Source: Eledone cirrhosa
Taxonomy: Eukaryota
NCBI GenBank assembly: GCA_964016885.1
Contig: OZ024740.1
Coordinates: 319,920,001-319,984,000 of the forward strand
Length of the DNA stretch: 64,000 bases
Reading direction: 5' to 3'
Made by a program: the position numbers and the translations under genes. The notes under the pieces were generated by a model. The model had not been told where the DNA came from. It made no database searches and saw only the letters and a program-made list of their open reading frames with translations. Shown in pieces: positions 29,214-42,240 of this stretch (positions are counted from its first letter, which is position 1; each line of letters opens with the position of its first letter).

Positions 29214-29416
29214 CCGTATATACTCGAATATAAGTCGAGAAATAAGTGACCAAAAAAGCGATGGTAAAATGAGTGGTTGGCATATATATGCCATCTAAAC
29301 AATGTGTTGATTAGCTGCTTCTGTATTTAAACGGGGTTTGGATTTTCGCCTATTTCTCAGACATAAAATAGAGGATTGACCTATATTCGGATTATTTTAT
29401 ATTCGAGTATATAGGA
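29214..29416. mobile_element. Tc1/mariner-pogo type MITE
   Basis: TIR ccgtatatactcgaatataa / ttatattcgagtatatagga, flanked by TA. Confidence 0.75.
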
Positions 29417-29639
29417 TAATCTTCGAAAAGCTCAAGTGAGCCACATAATAGGTCACTGCTCTTATATTTAGGACAATGCTGCTATTACACGCAGTCATCC
29501 TAGACCAAATATATTTGGGGTTTAAAGACATTTAACATTAAAAATTATAAAATTCGATTAGTCCAGTGTAAAACATACCACCTTCTACATTAATGGCTCT
29601 ATAAGGTGTAATGTCTGTCACTCAGATAAGTACAACATT

Positions 29640-29850
29640 CTAGTACAATAATTTTTATACAAAAAATTGAAATTGATAAATTTATGCAAACATTTCTATC
29701 GCTATATAACATTCTATTACAGTTAATTTCATATAAAAAATTGAAATTGAAAATGTTTTACAAAAATTTCTATCGCTATACAATATTCTATTACAATTAA
29801 TTTTATACAAAAAAATTGAGATTGATGAATTTTTACAAAAATTTCTATCA
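29640..29850. repeat. ~74-bp AT-rich tandem repeat, about 3 copies
   Basis: aaaaaattgaaattga..tttctatcgctata recurs. Confidence 0.8.
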
Positions 29851-29999
29851 CTAATTATTGAGGAATTTCCAATCCCAACTGGCACACATAGATCATTTCC
29901 TGTAAAACATACTATAAAAGGTGGTCGTATAGACAACAAAAAGAAACGTTACTTTATTCCTAAGTACTAAAATTCCATTAAGATTAACCGCTTTTCTTT

Positions 30000-30471
30000 T
30001 TGTAGACTGGATCCTGAAGGCATGATAATATTTTGTGAGATGGTATTCTTCAGTTAGATTGATCAGCTTCTCACTGTTGCGATTGGTCTCGTTCTTGCAT
30101 GTAAAGAGAGCATCTCTAGAGCTGATTTAGGCATTGAAGTCTCCGGCCAACACCAGCAGGTGGTGTGCTGGGATAGTATCGAAGAGCATTTTCAGATCTT
30201 AATAGAAATCATCGACAGGATTCCTCGCTGGTGTTGGTAGGACTGTAGCATGAAACAATTATACTTTTGGATTGCAGTTGAATTCTCCAGCTATTATTTG
30301 GTCGAAGATGTTTTCTACGTTTAGTAAGTTGTAGGTTGTTTTGTAGGAGAGAATGATTCCTACTCTGCTTATCTTAGATCCTTCATTATTTTTACATGCT
30401 GACGCCTTTATCAACTGGTGGTTGTTGATTACGGTGTATTCGAGTTCAGGTGTTTCGCGATGATCTTTCAA
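30000..30471 (-). mobile_element. LINE APE endonuclease fragment
   Basis: ORF 30259..30471 ..ASACKNNEGSKISRVGIILS..IIAGEFNCNPK. Confidence 0.6.
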
Positions 30472-30479
30472 TTACCACA

Positions 30480-31333
30480 AAAACAGCGTCAGATGCAGAA
30501 TCACTGCTGCTATCTCTAGAAAAAGCTGCAGCACTTGTGGGACTCTATTACAATGAAGGAAAAAACTGAATACATCTCCACCAGTCCTCACACTTTCGAA
30601 CTGAGATCACTATCTGGCAAAAACATCAAGAAGGTTAATGATTTCAAATATCTTGGAGCACACATTATGAACATACAAACGGATTTTCGTATTGGAATAG
30701 CCCTGGCATTGAAGGCTTGCAACAAACTAGACTACATAAGGCACAGCAACATAAGCTACAAAATATAAATTGAACTATTTCAAGTCCTATTTGGACCAAT
30801 TCTGAGAGGGGGCATGCCATCCAACAACAAATATACAGATATCTGAAACCCATATCTATGTCTCTATGTCAGAAACGACTAGAATGAGCTGGTCAGTGTA
30901 ATGGAGTAAACGGAGAGATCAGTCCATCCCTCTTCTTCTGGAGGCTGACAGGAAAAGTCTTCTTGGGTCGAGAAAACTCACTTTCCTAGATGTCATTGCG
31001 CGCGACTAAGGAATTGCCATCAATGAACTTGGAGTTGCGTTGACTGATCCAGAAGCGTGAAAGTCGATCCAGATCTACCAACCTCTAAAATCCCGTTTGG
31101 AAAAAGTGCCCCAAAACGGGGAGAAATGAGACAAAATAGGGAGATTTTACATAATGAAAGCCTATACCTATTTTCATAAGAGAAGACATCTCTCACCCAC
31201 CCCAAAGTCGGTGGGAGATCTCCCCGTCAGACGGGCTGAGTTGACAGGTCTGTCGTCGATCGTACTGTGAATCTTGACTGGTTGAGATTGATTGTTGAAC
31301 CACGTCGAAGTATGATGACGTTGATGATGATGG
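30480..31333 (+). mobile_element. LINE RT C-terminal/3' fragment (RTE-like)
   Basis: AESLLLSLEKAAALVGL..KTEY..KVNDFKYLG; (GAT)n-like tail. Confidence 0.7.
31070..31252. mobile_element. MITE with CAG-starting TIRs (hAT-like?)
   Basis: cagatctaccaac / gttgacaggtctg; second copy at 45776-45994; TSD ambiguous. Confidence 0.75.
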
Positions 31334-31334
31334 T

Positions 31335-31401
31335 ATGTGTGTGTGAGAGAGAGTGAGAGAGAAAGCGAGAGAGAGAGAGAGATTGTGTGTGTGTGTGTGT
31401 A

Positions 31402-31433
<32 letters not shown>

Positions 31434-31629
31434 TGTGTGTGTGTGTGGTGTCTGTGTGTGTGTGGTGTCTGTGTGTGTGTGTGTGTGTGTGTATGTGTGT
31501 GTGTGTGTGGTGTCTGTGTGTGTGTGTGTGTGTGGTGTCTGTGTGTGGTGTGGTGTCTGTGTGTGTGTGTGTGTGTGGTGTCTGTGTATGTGGTGTGGTG
31601 TCTGTGTGTGTGTGGTGTCTATGTGTGTG

Positions 31630-31660
<31 letters not shown>

Positions 31661-32005
31661 GTGTCTGTGTGTGGTGTGGTGTCTGTGTGTGTGTGTGTGT
31701 GTGGCGTATGTGTGTGGTGTGGTGTCTGTGTGTGTGTGTGTGTGTGTGGTGTCTGTGTGTGTGATGTATGTGTGTGTGTGTGTGTGTGTGTGGTGTCTGT
31801 GTGTGGTGTCTGTGTGTGTGTGTGTGTGGTGTCTGTGTGTGTGTGGTGTCTGTGTGTGGTGTGGTGTCTGTGTGTGTGTGTGTGTGTGTGTGGTGTCTGT
31901 GTGTGGTGTGATGTCTGTGTGTGTGTGTGTGGTGTCTGTGCCTGTGTGTATGTTAGAGAGAGAGAAAGAGAATGAGAAAAAGTGAGAGAGAGTGTGGTGT
32001 GTGTA

Positions 32006-32062
<57 letters not shown>

Positions 32063-32170
32063 AAGGGAGAGAGAGTGTGTATGTCGTGTGTGTGTGTGTG
32101 AGAAAGAGAGAGATAGAGAAAGCGAAAGGGAGAGGTGTGTGTGTGGTGTGTGTGTGTGTGTGTGTGTGTA
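31335..32170. repeat. Compound (GT)n/(GA)n microsatellite with ggtgtct variants
   Basis: Direct inspection. Confidence 0.95.
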
Positions 32171-32994
32171 TAGTCTAGGGTTATAAAAGTCGATGATAAA
32201 AAAGAACCTATATCAAAAATTTATGCAAATTGAATACTTGTTTGTTTCACCTACTTACAAAAGAACTTTATAAAAACTTGATTTGAAATATTGTTATTTA
32301 ATACTTCTGAATAAAACATTATTTGTTGCGACACACGAACAAATGTTTCTTATGAATTACGTGTCCCAAATCAGACACAAAAGTTAAATTTATTCATGAT
32401 TTTTCTCATTGTAATAAATTAATCCTTTCTTTACTCATTAATGCATCTTTTGAGTAAATGTTTCACTTTACTAGATACTGGTATTCCTTCTCCTAAATAA
32501 CTTCAAACATAAAAAATTATTTTCACTAAAGTACAGCTGTGATGAATAAGGCTAAAGAAATGTGTATCGAATTGTTTCTATATTCCACGGCGTTATCTAA
32601 TAAAAAATGTTATATTTTCTCTCACTGGAGCTAGCGTTCGTCAACAAATTTAACCAATAAACCTGCTATTTTTGTCTTTCTTTTTATTATTACTTTTGTA
32701 ATTATTGAAATGATAAGAGTATATTAGCATTGATCGAGAATAAGGTAGAAAAATTTCTTCATTTATAATCTGCTAGTTGGATCGGAAGAGAAATTTTGAA
32801 AGTAATTATTCACATTTCGGCAAAATATGTAAATTGACTTATGATTCATTTCAAAAGAAAACAATATAAGATCTTGATTGCTTCAGTTGAAGATGAAGTC
32901 AATATTATTTTTGTGAAATACACACTTGCTGATTACCTATTTCTAATTATTTAAGGAAACCATTTTTTAACCACTTCAAGACATTCCAAATACT

Positions 32995-34960
32995 CAGTAT
33001 GAAAAATATAGATCTTGCCATCGTTTTAGCATGGCATTCTGGTAATCTGTTTTCGGTTTAGATTTTATCTTGATTACAATTTCTGCAGTTGTTTCTTCTT
33101 TGTTTTCATTTTCCTCATAATCATCTGTCAATTTTGATTCTGTTATGAATTTGTTGGCTTCCTTGAAGCCAGAAAACAATTTGTTTGTTCATATTTCATG
33201 GCTATTTGTATTAACTGTTCATTATTCTTCATTATATATTTTTGTTATCCAACAGTGGTTATTGTATAGGAGTTTTATAGTTGCATAAGAACTCTTCCTC
33301 GTTGTGTTCGTGAGAAGTATAATATTCATCCTATTTTGGGAGGTGTATTCCAAGTGCAGTCATTATTTTTTTTTCTATCTAGTCCTGTGAGTTCTTTTAG
33401 AGCCAAGTTCAGAATATTAAAATTGTAGCTTAGAGTTATTGCTGCCTGTTAACTTGTTCTTTGCATTTAGTTCTGTCTTAAGTAGTAATATAATCCATCT
33501 ATAGTATTCCTTTCTAATCTTTTCTTTCATCTGTGTGTGTTGAACCCTGTCTAGTTCATTGATTACTGAATATTTGTATGTCTGATCTAATTTTCTCAGT
33601 TTCTTTATCTAACGGGACATTAGAGTTTTTCAATAGCTTCCTCTGTTTGAGATTGCCTTGACCCATTTTTCTAGTCCAAATTTCTTCTGACAATCCATGT
33701 ACAATCTGTAGCAGTGTTTCAATTTGTCTCTCATCTGCTGTGTACAGATTTAGGAGATGGGTATTTTTCTTACCGTAACTTTTATATCCCAGTTTACCTC
33801 TGTTCAGTATCCCAGATAATGGTGTCATTGCTAAACACAAGAAGACTGATGACAGGGAGTCCTTTTGAAATATCCCTTTGTTAATTATGATGGCCTCGGT
33901 TTTGATAAATCCACCCTTCGTCTGAATCTGCAGAACTGTTTACCACTTACTCATGGCATAGTTGATGACTGTTTTTATTATTGAAGTTACATTGTTCATA
34001 GCTAGTGTATTTAGTATCCACGCATGTAAATACTATGTCAAAAACCTTCTGGTATTCTGTCCATGCCATACTGAGTTCTTTTGCTTTTTATGCTTTTTTC
34101 TTTTGCTTGTAATGGCTTCGTTGATTAGTAATTGGTTTTTTCAGCCGTATATACCTTTGTGGCATACTTTCTTCTCTTCTGGAAACAGGGTTTTTTTTTC
34201 GGATGCTTGGTTATTTTCTGAGATACTATTACAGTAAAGGTCTTACAGGAAGGCATGTTAGAGGACTGTAGTTTTGGTTGCTTGCTGTGTCATTTTTCTT
34301 AGGACTTAGTATGGTTTTCCCCTTAGATAGCCAGCCAGGTGATATTTCTTGCTCAACCAGCATATCATTAAACTTTTTGTGTCCCTCTAAAATATTTCAT
34401 CCAAAAGTTTGGGATCTTGTCATGTCCTGGTGCATTCCAGTTGCTTACTTCTTTCAGTGCGTTTGCCACTTCCTCTGTTGTGATGCCTTTCTATAATTGT
34501 TCAGATGCTGTATTTATTGTTCTAACTAGTCCTGAATATGGTGATAACCTTTATGCCCACAATACTCTGTGGCACTCATTCACTTCTTTTCTTTTTTTTT
34601 GCGAGTTACATCTACTTCCATTTTATTTCTACTTAGTACCTGACAGAGTCGTTTGGGGTTGAAGTGAAATTGCTATTTTTATTAAGAAAACAAAAACAGA
34701 CGATGCTTTTCATATCTTCTGATTCTTTTTGTCTTTGAAATTATTTGTTGTTTTAGTCATTCCTTAATTTCAGTAATTTCCCTTTCTGTTGTGTTATTTC
34801 TATTTATTATTTTGATTTTATTCCCCTTTTTTAGCTGTGATTTTTTTCCCCTATTTCATTTAAGTTGGGAGGTTTTTTTTTTCCTGTTCTATCTTTTTCG
34901 TATCTCTATTATTATGGCTAGAAATCTTTCAGTTTCGGATTTTGGCCCAGTGCTTCGTAG
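32995..34960 (-). mobile_element. Decayed R4/Dong-type LINE (RT region)
   Basis: GIFQ.DSLS..CLAMTPLS..LGYK..HLL at 33560-33880; many stops. Confidence 0.7.
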
Positions 34961-34983
34961 CTAGTTTTGTGAGTTTTGCTTAG

Positions 34984-35159
34984 AATTGGCAGTATCGGTA
35001 GAGAGTCGGACGCCATGCTTTCCAGCATAGTTACGTCCCTTTACGGTCTGAGTTCAAATCCCGTCGAGGTTAACGTTGCCTTTCATCCTTACGAGGTCCA
35101 TAAAATAAAGTACCAGTAATTCACTGGGTAATTTCTGGCCTTGTGCCTAAAGTAGAAAC

Positions 35160-35160
<1 letters not shown>
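34984..35160 (+). mobile_element. SINE A with (TTA)n tail
   Basis: A/B boxes and tail ggccttgtgcctaaagtagaaac. Confidence 0.9.
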
Positions 35161-35205
<45 letters not shown>

Positions 35206-38200
35206 GGCGACCTACGTAGTAAATCGTATCATCGTGAGCTCCGCAAAGGTTTGTTATTTTCAGTTGTTTAAAATTGCCATTCATGGAAAATTTTTATTGT
35301 TAACTGTATATAAGTGCACATACATTGATTTCTGAAAAGGACACTCAAAAATATTGGGGGCTTGAGCCCAAAATTTAAACTTTTTATAATTATCAAACAA
35401 AAATTTTTCTTTGAAAAATAATGGATGACTCAGAGTCACTCCTTCATCACAATCCAACACCTCACACCGACACCACCATTGTAAATATTGCTACGTTTGC
35501 CAACACTGGAATTGTAAGCAGTAGCAATATTTTAAATTTGTCTCAGGCAGACGTTCATTTCCCGCCATTACCAATGACTGCAGGTGTTAAAGCCGCCACC
35601 ACCACCACCACCACCACCGCGACAGCCCCCCCCCCCCCCACCACCACCACCACCACCGCGACAACCCCCACCCCCACCACCACCACAGCGACAACAGAAA
35701 CAAAATAAAAAATTAAATTAACTCGTGATATCGAAATGAATTCAACCAAAATGAACTCTTCCACACCGAACACCACTGACGCCACCACCACCACAACTGA
35801 AACTAAAATTAACAATAGCAAAAATAACGATAACAACAACAGCAACAATGAAATTAAGAAAACTACCCTGAGTTTTGCCAGATTAGCAAAAACGTACCGA
35901 GCGATCCAGGTAACTAAGGAGGAATTAGAAGAAGCCAAAGGAATGGTAAAGAAAGATGGGTACAGGGTCAGCCTCACACCCCCACACCGCCCACCTAATA
36001 AAATGGAGCAACGTCGCCTATGCACCGTGTCTTATCGGACAATTAACAGAAAATCGCGCCGAGTGGAACGGGCATCCGAGTCCCAAATCCAAAAAGCTTT
36101 GAGACATATGTGGGCAAAAAAAACCCACATCAGACGTGGGCAGAAGTATGGAACCGTGGACGTGTTCTTTAAAACATCACAGGAGGCCAGAGAACACTCC
36201 ATGGCCCCATTAAGAAGTGACGACTTCACACTCATCCCAGGCTATTGTGGCCAGAGACTTGTGAAGATCAGGGTGACCCACGTTCCACCGGCCATCGAAA
36301 TTCCCTGGCTAATGGCTGCCGTCCTCGCCAGCATCGAGGCCAACACCAAAATAATAGAAATAGCAAAAGAAAAGCAGGAGAACTGGTCCGGATCTGGGAT
36401 GGAGCTCCTGATCCAAGCGAACCATAAAAGCATTGAGGAGATCCCAGAGGTAATAGACCTCACTGACGGCAGCCACCTCACCGTAATCGTCGAGGGCAGA
36501 AGACTACCCATTAGTGGTGAAGGAACCCACCTAAGGGCTTTCTGCCCTCAGGCTAAAAGGTTGAGGCCACCTCTCTTACCCACCCCAGTGACTCAACCAT
36601 CAACACCACCAGCAGCAGAAATGGCAGCAACAACAGAAGCAACTGTTACAGCAACAACCCCAGCAACAGTAGCAAAACCAACACCACCACCAACCAACGC
36701 CCCAGAACTAGCACCAGCGCCTACACCATCCACCACACCACAACCAAAACCAACGCCTGTGGAGGATTTTCCACTCCCCGGCTTATCGCAACTGGAGACA
36801 GATTGTGACGACGAGGAGTGGGAAACGGTATCAGGAAAAAAGAAAAAAAGAAACCAAAAAAGAAAAAATTCTCTTCCTTTCCCCTCCAAATATAAAATAC
36901 AGAGGGAAACAAATAAATTATCGAACAAGAAAGGTCGAGCGGCGGTGGCTAACGCGTACATCGTGTCTGTCATCTGCTACCGCATGACCGTCGTATCTTG
37001 TCCTAAGCCCCGCCATACTGCGCGGGAGCGTTTGCTCTTTCGCTTTTTGTGGAAGGGACGCGCTCCGATGGTCAGGTGGTCCATCTGCTGTCAACACCCG
37101 CTACGTGGAGGGCTGGGAATGCCGTGGCTGATGATGCGCAGACACGCGTTCAGGCTACGACATCTCCACCTCTTCCTCGACGGCGATCAGGTGTGGTCTC
37201 CGTTTGCTAGACGCGTCTTTCCCCAGCTAGTCTCCTTGACGGAGCTGCAGTCCCGGGTCAAGCGAAGACCGAGAGTGAGCGCTTGGAGACTGGAATGTCT
37301 TCAGGCGTTCACAGCCCTCGACCAATCGGGCAATGTGATCGGTGGAAACTCCACCTTGGCGTTCTATAGAGGATTAGTGGGGGGAAGAGCGACGAGGTAC
37401 TTGGGGAAACTCTAGGCGTCGACGAAAATCAACTAGCCAATCTCTTCGGAAGAACTTTCGGGCCGGGGCCTATGGACAACTTCCAGAAATCCCTGGCCTG
37501 GCAGTGCTACCGAGGAGCCTTGCCATTTCGGGATAAACTCTACAGGCATGGATGTGCCGTCAGCCGGGCATGTCCGAGATGCGCGCAGGGCGACGAAACC
37601 GTCCTGCACGCACTCGTCCAGTGTCCGAGCATTGCTGACTTGTGGGTTTATGTCGAACACCTGCTGTCGCGCGTGGAACGGATCCAGTTATCAACTGAGT
37701 CCATCGTGAGGATTGCCCCGCCCTCTTCCTTTAGCCAGGAAGGGCAGGCAGTTTTTATCTGTCTGGTGGCCATGGCGAAAGAGATAGTATGGTGGACACG
37801 TTTGAAAGGGCTAAAGACGAGCACTTGCCTCTTCGGTGATGCCCTGATTAACTTTTTCAAATTTCATTTGAAAAGGAAAATCAGGGTAGAGAGGGAAGTG
37901 CTCTCTTCCCAGCATTTTGTTGAAAGATGGGTGAGAGAGGCAAGAATGAGTGTGTGTCTGTAAATTAAAGGTGGAAAACTGGGAGAGGGCACTTGCCCTG
38001 GTGGTCAATGTCACTGTGGATTTTTAATGGGCTTTCTCCACCAATGTCCCTCGGAAGTCTCCCCCCTATTCGGGAATTTTTTCATTGTTCTATTATTACA
38101 TCCTCTGTTTCTTGTTTTTTTACAAGCAGAAATGCCCATTTGTACTGCCCTGTATTGTCCTGTACTGTCCTTAATGTCTACTTTATGTAAACCCTTGTGG

Positions 38201-38212
38201 TTAATAAAGAAA

Positions 38213-38214
<2 letters not shown>
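35206..38214 (+). mobile_element. Tx1-type LINE with internal deletion of APE+RT, in (TTA)n
   Basis: ORF1 homologous to 23270..24334 fused to the post-RT domain (KGRAAVAN..GGLGMPW); C-terminal CPRC..ETVLHA; aataaagaaatc then (TTA)n. Confidence 0.9.
35736..37415 (+). CDS. Chimeric Tx1 ORF1 / ORF2-C-terminus open frame (559 aa)
   Basis: Single ORF in the track; junction at aaagg 36930-36934; expression unknown. Confidence 0.5.
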   Translation: MNSTKMNSSTPNTTDATTTTTETKINNSKNNDNNNSNNEIKKTTLSFARLAKTYRAIQVTKEELEEAKGMVKKDGYRVSLTPPHRPPNKMEQRRLCTVSYRTINRKSRRVERASESQIQKALRHMWAKKTHIRRGQKYGTVDVFFKTSQEAREHSMAPLRSDDFTLIPGYCGQRLVKIRVTHVPPAIEIPWLMAAVLASIEANTKIIEIAKEKQENWSGSGMELLIQANHKSIEEIPEVIDLTDGSHLTVIVEGRRLPISGEGTHLRAFCPQAKRLRPPLLPTPVTQPSTPPAAEMAATTEATVTATTPATVAKPTPPPTNAPELAPAPTPSTTPQPKPTPVEDFPLPGLSQLETDCDDEEWETVSGKKKKRNQKRKNSLPFPSKYKIQRETNKLSNKKGRAAVANAYIVSVICYRMTVVSCPKPRHTARERLLFRFLWKGRAPMVRWSICCQHPLRGGLGMPWLMMRRHAFRLRHLHLFLDGDQVWSPFARRVFPQLVSLTELQSRVKRRPRVSAWRLECLQAFTALDQSGNVIGGNSTLAFYRGLVGGRATRYLGKL

Positions 38215-38253
<39 letters not shown>

Positions 38254-38261
38254 GTTATTAC

Positions 38262-38666
38262 TCCTTGAGTCTCAGTCATTGATGTTAGTTAACCGGAAAG
38301 TCCGTTGGAATGAATATCAAGCCACTACCTGCAGCCTCAGATATTCAGGACGTATCGGAGGGTTCTTGCTGTTCCCAGCAAGCATGCCTTTTGAAGCGTT
38401 CCAAAAAGCGTGAAGGGGCCGATTTTCTTTAACCATCCCTGGAAACCTTTGGAGATAGTCCCCAGTGCGCCTATGACAATCGGGATCACTTTGACTTCAT
38501 GGCAGTTCCAAATCCTTTTGACCTCCCACTTTAAGTCCTGGTATCGGTTAATTTTCTCCCTCTCCTTCTCTTGCACTCTCGTGTCGAATGGGCAGGCCAC
38601 ATCCACAATCAGACACGATCTTTTTTCTTTGTCCACAACTACCTGGTCAGGTCTATTGTGTTCCAG

Positions 38667-38667
<1 letters not shown>
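38262..38667 (-). mobile_element. R4/Dong 3' fragment, restriction-like endonuclease domain, in (TAA)n
   Basis: HNRPD..IVDVACP..EKINRYQDL..IPIVIGALG..LQKACLLGTARTLR. Confidence 0.9.
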
Positions 38668-38704
<37 letters not shown>

Positions 38705-38715
38705 TATTAACAATT

Positions 38716-38940
38716 GGGCGGTAGATTGGATGTGTCGGTAGAGCGTTTGACAACGTTCTTTGCGGCTTATAGTTACGTCCCTTTGCTTTCTGAGTTCAAA
38801 TTTTGCTGAGGTTAGCTTTGTCTTTCATCCTTACGGGGTCGATAAAATAAAGTACCAGTAACGCACTGGGGTCGATTTAATCGACATCCCCTCAAAAAGA
38901 AAAAAAGATCGTTGGCCTTGTATCTAAATCAGAAACCATT
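38716..38940 (+). mobile_element. SINE A
   Basis: Family consensus match. Confidence 0.85.
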
Positions 38941-39003
38941 AGTTAAGTTTCAAAACTGATTTGACTTTTTGTTAATGTATTCTTGTTTTTGTTGTTTCTC
39001 TTA

Positions 39004-40235
39004 TCTCTCTCTATATAACATTCTTTGTCTCTCTGTCTGTCTGTCTGTTCCCATGCATTCTCAAACGGCTCGACAAAATCAAATCAAATTTTACAAGGTA
39101 ATAGTATTAGACCCCGGGAGTGTCAACATGTAATTTTTATTTTCTTTGGATTAAAACAATATAACATTTTAACTAAAATAATCTTTCTATAGTCAACTAT
39201 AGTAAACCACCACCACCACGACGTCACATTTTGTATATGTGTCTGTACGCGTCTGTGAGTGTGTGTGTGTATTTGTGAGTTCGTTACGTATGTTAGGCCT
39301 CAGAGAATTAAACACACACACACATCTACACATACATATGTGGTGACAGACAAGTAGTAAGTGTGCGTGAATGTATGTCTGTGTGTCTGTCTTAATATAT
39401 GTATGCGACGAGTGTATGTGAGTGTGTGTGTGTGTATGAGTGTATGTGTGTGTGAGTGTATGTGTGTATGAGTGTATGTGTGATAATTTTTATTTTAACG
39501 TTAGGCCTCAGAGAAATAAACACACACACACACACATCTACACATACATATAGCCTTAGTAAGTTGCATACACATTATCTTCCCACACATATACACATAG
39601 ATATACATATGTGGTTACAGACAAGTAATAGGTGTGCGTGAATGTATGTCTATGTGTGTCTGTCTTAGCATATGTATGTGAGTGTAATATGAGAGTGTTT
39701 GTGAGTGTATGTGTGATAATTTTTATTTTCATTTGGATTGAAACAATAGAAAATAAGACAACGACGTCACATCTTAGATATGAATATGTATGTGTGTGTG
39801 CGTGCGCGCGCGTTCATTAGGTACGTTATTAAATACACACACACATCTACACATACATATACATATGTGTTAACGGGCAAAAAAATGAGGTAAAAAGCTA
39901 TGCGTGTGTCTGCGTGAATGTATGCCTGTGTATTTTTTGTCTTAGTATATGTATGTGAGCGTTTTTGAGAATGTATGTGTGTGAGTGTGTAGCAGCAATT
40001 TATTCATTTGGACACCAACAAAAAATTACACAATGAATATTGTTTACCCTGAGGTGCTTCAAGATTGACAGATTTTCATTTCTAAATTCTATTATCATTA
40101 CAATTTTGATATTTTTAAAAATAAAATATAGATATTTTGAAATAATTATGAGAAGAAAAAACATCTTCATATTTATTGTTTACTAATCTGAATAAGAGCA
40201 GCAGCAACCCGGGAAATTGCGGGTAATTCAGCTAG
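39004..40235 (+). mobile_element. Non-autonomous Helitron
   Basis: A|TC 5' end, subterminal hairpin acccgg(gaaattg)cgggt, CTAG|T 3' end, no TSD; three internal ~200-300 bp repeats; second copy at 14540-14840. Confidence 0.75.
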
Positions 40236-40686
40236 TATTTAAATGAAATTATTCATTACATTATAATTTAAAATAAAAAAAAAAATATTAAGTACTTCTC
40301 AATGAAACTCTCTATTAATTTTTCTTCCGTTTCGACTTATTTTTGGCTCCCCTCATAGCATATGTCAGTTTTTTCTACTCATTCCAAATTACATTAGACA
40401 TGCTAGTTGATCTAGAGCCTGTCATTTTCCTATTGCTAGACATGATCAAGTGTTTCTTTGACTGACGAGTAATTGCTAATATAAATCTTTTTAAGATCTT
40501 CATACGTGGGCAGTGATCGCCAACTATAATATGCCATAAAGCTATAGACACACCAGCATTAAAATACGATTCTAGACGAGCCAATTCAGGGAAATTTTAA
40601 AGAGGACATACTACCTCCTAGAAATAGTAGCTAAATATACCTCAAGTTACCACAATCTTTAACAAAAACGACATTTAATATATATG

Positions 40687-40780
<94 letters not shown>

Positions 40781-40885
40781 TATGTGTGTGTTTGTGTGTG
40801 TGTGTGTGTATGTTTGTGTTTTGTGAGTGTGTGTGTAGATTAAAAGTCAAGGAAAACAGTGTTCAATCTGTTGCAAGAGAGATTT

Positions 40886-41173
40886 TTTAGTATAAACAAA
40901 GTTTCATGCACTTAACATGTATGTGCGGCCATTAGTTTCGGAGTCTAGCTATGGCCACCAATATTGGAGGAGGCGCTTTTAAATTGGCTCTTCACTGTTT
41001 GGAGAAAATAATGGTCGGTAGAAAGTACTTCCCTTTTCATATATCTATCTACGTGATTGAAGAAAGGGTAGTTTAAAAGCACATCCTCCAATATACAGTG
41101 GTGGCCATAATTGGATCCCGAAACCAATGGACACACATACATGTTAAGTGTATGAAACTTTGTTTATACTAAA
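40886..41173. mobile_element. Fold-back PLE derivative with degenerate hammerhead
   Basis: Arms 40886-40984 and 41072-41173; + strand TGAAGA-aaggg...ccc-GAAAC-caat-gga-cac. Confidence 0.7.
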
Positions 41174-41203
41174 TATAATTTTTCCCCATCCTGCCCATGC
41201 TTC

Positions 41204-41262
<59 letters not shown>

Positions 41263-41841
41263 CTCTCTCCCCTCTCCCTCTCTCTCTCTCTCTTTCTCTC
41301 TCTCTTCTGATAAAGTCGTTGATTTGCAATTGATAAATAAAAAGCAAATCCAACGCATAGATTTCATTTATCACGGAGAACATCTCAACGGTCACTGGTA
41401 CAGAGCGTTCTTTTAGACATCGTCATTACACAAAACTAAACAAAAATATCATAGAACCATACATACATCAGCCATTTTGAAATATAATATCAACAAGAGA
41501 CATTTATTTGATATTTACTCACAAATGTATTTCAATACCTATTTACTGAAAGGGACAGTTTTAATGTCGAATTACGACATGCTGTTTACCTTTGTATGTA
41601 ATTTGAAAGTTTACACTTATTACATAAATTAAGATGAGATTACTAGTAGAATTGGCTGTCAGGGTAACAGTCCTGGCCGGATGGGAGTGTCTGGGGAAGT
41701 ACTGTCCTAAAAGTACACAAACTCTAGGTTAAAGCAGATACCAAATTTCTTATTTAACAAATCTATCATCTAACTGCAATCAGAAATTTAAAGAAAAATG
41801 TGTGAAAACAAAGACAGATTTATTTCAAACACACACACGGA

Positions 41842-41959
<118 letters not shown>

Positions 41960-42202
41960 TTGAATAAATGAACAGAGAACAAAAAACAGAGAGGCAGTAC
42001 AAATGATATGGTTTTTAGTTTCAGGCTTGAGAGTGGAATATATATATATAGAGAGATAGAGAGAGAGAGGGGGGGGGGGAGAATGTTGAGAAGTGACACA
42101 CGAGTTGATATATATAATAGTAAAAAAGAAACACCAGTAGAAAAGACTAATGGGATTTTCTCATAGAATAATAGCAAAACATTTATTTACAATGAAGGAA
42201 AT

Positions 42203-42240
42203 TATCGTACCAGTTTCAGCCACGTGGGCTTCTTCATGCT
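42203..42240 (-). ncRNA. Degenerate hammerhead-like motif
   Basis: aTGAAGA-agcc(cacgt)ggct-GAAAC-tg-GTA. Confidence 0.45.

Noticed and set aside
31337-31985. Long Cys/Val-rich ORFs, and similar YI/HT/ER/PT-rich ORFs throughout
   Set aside because: Translations of microsatellites
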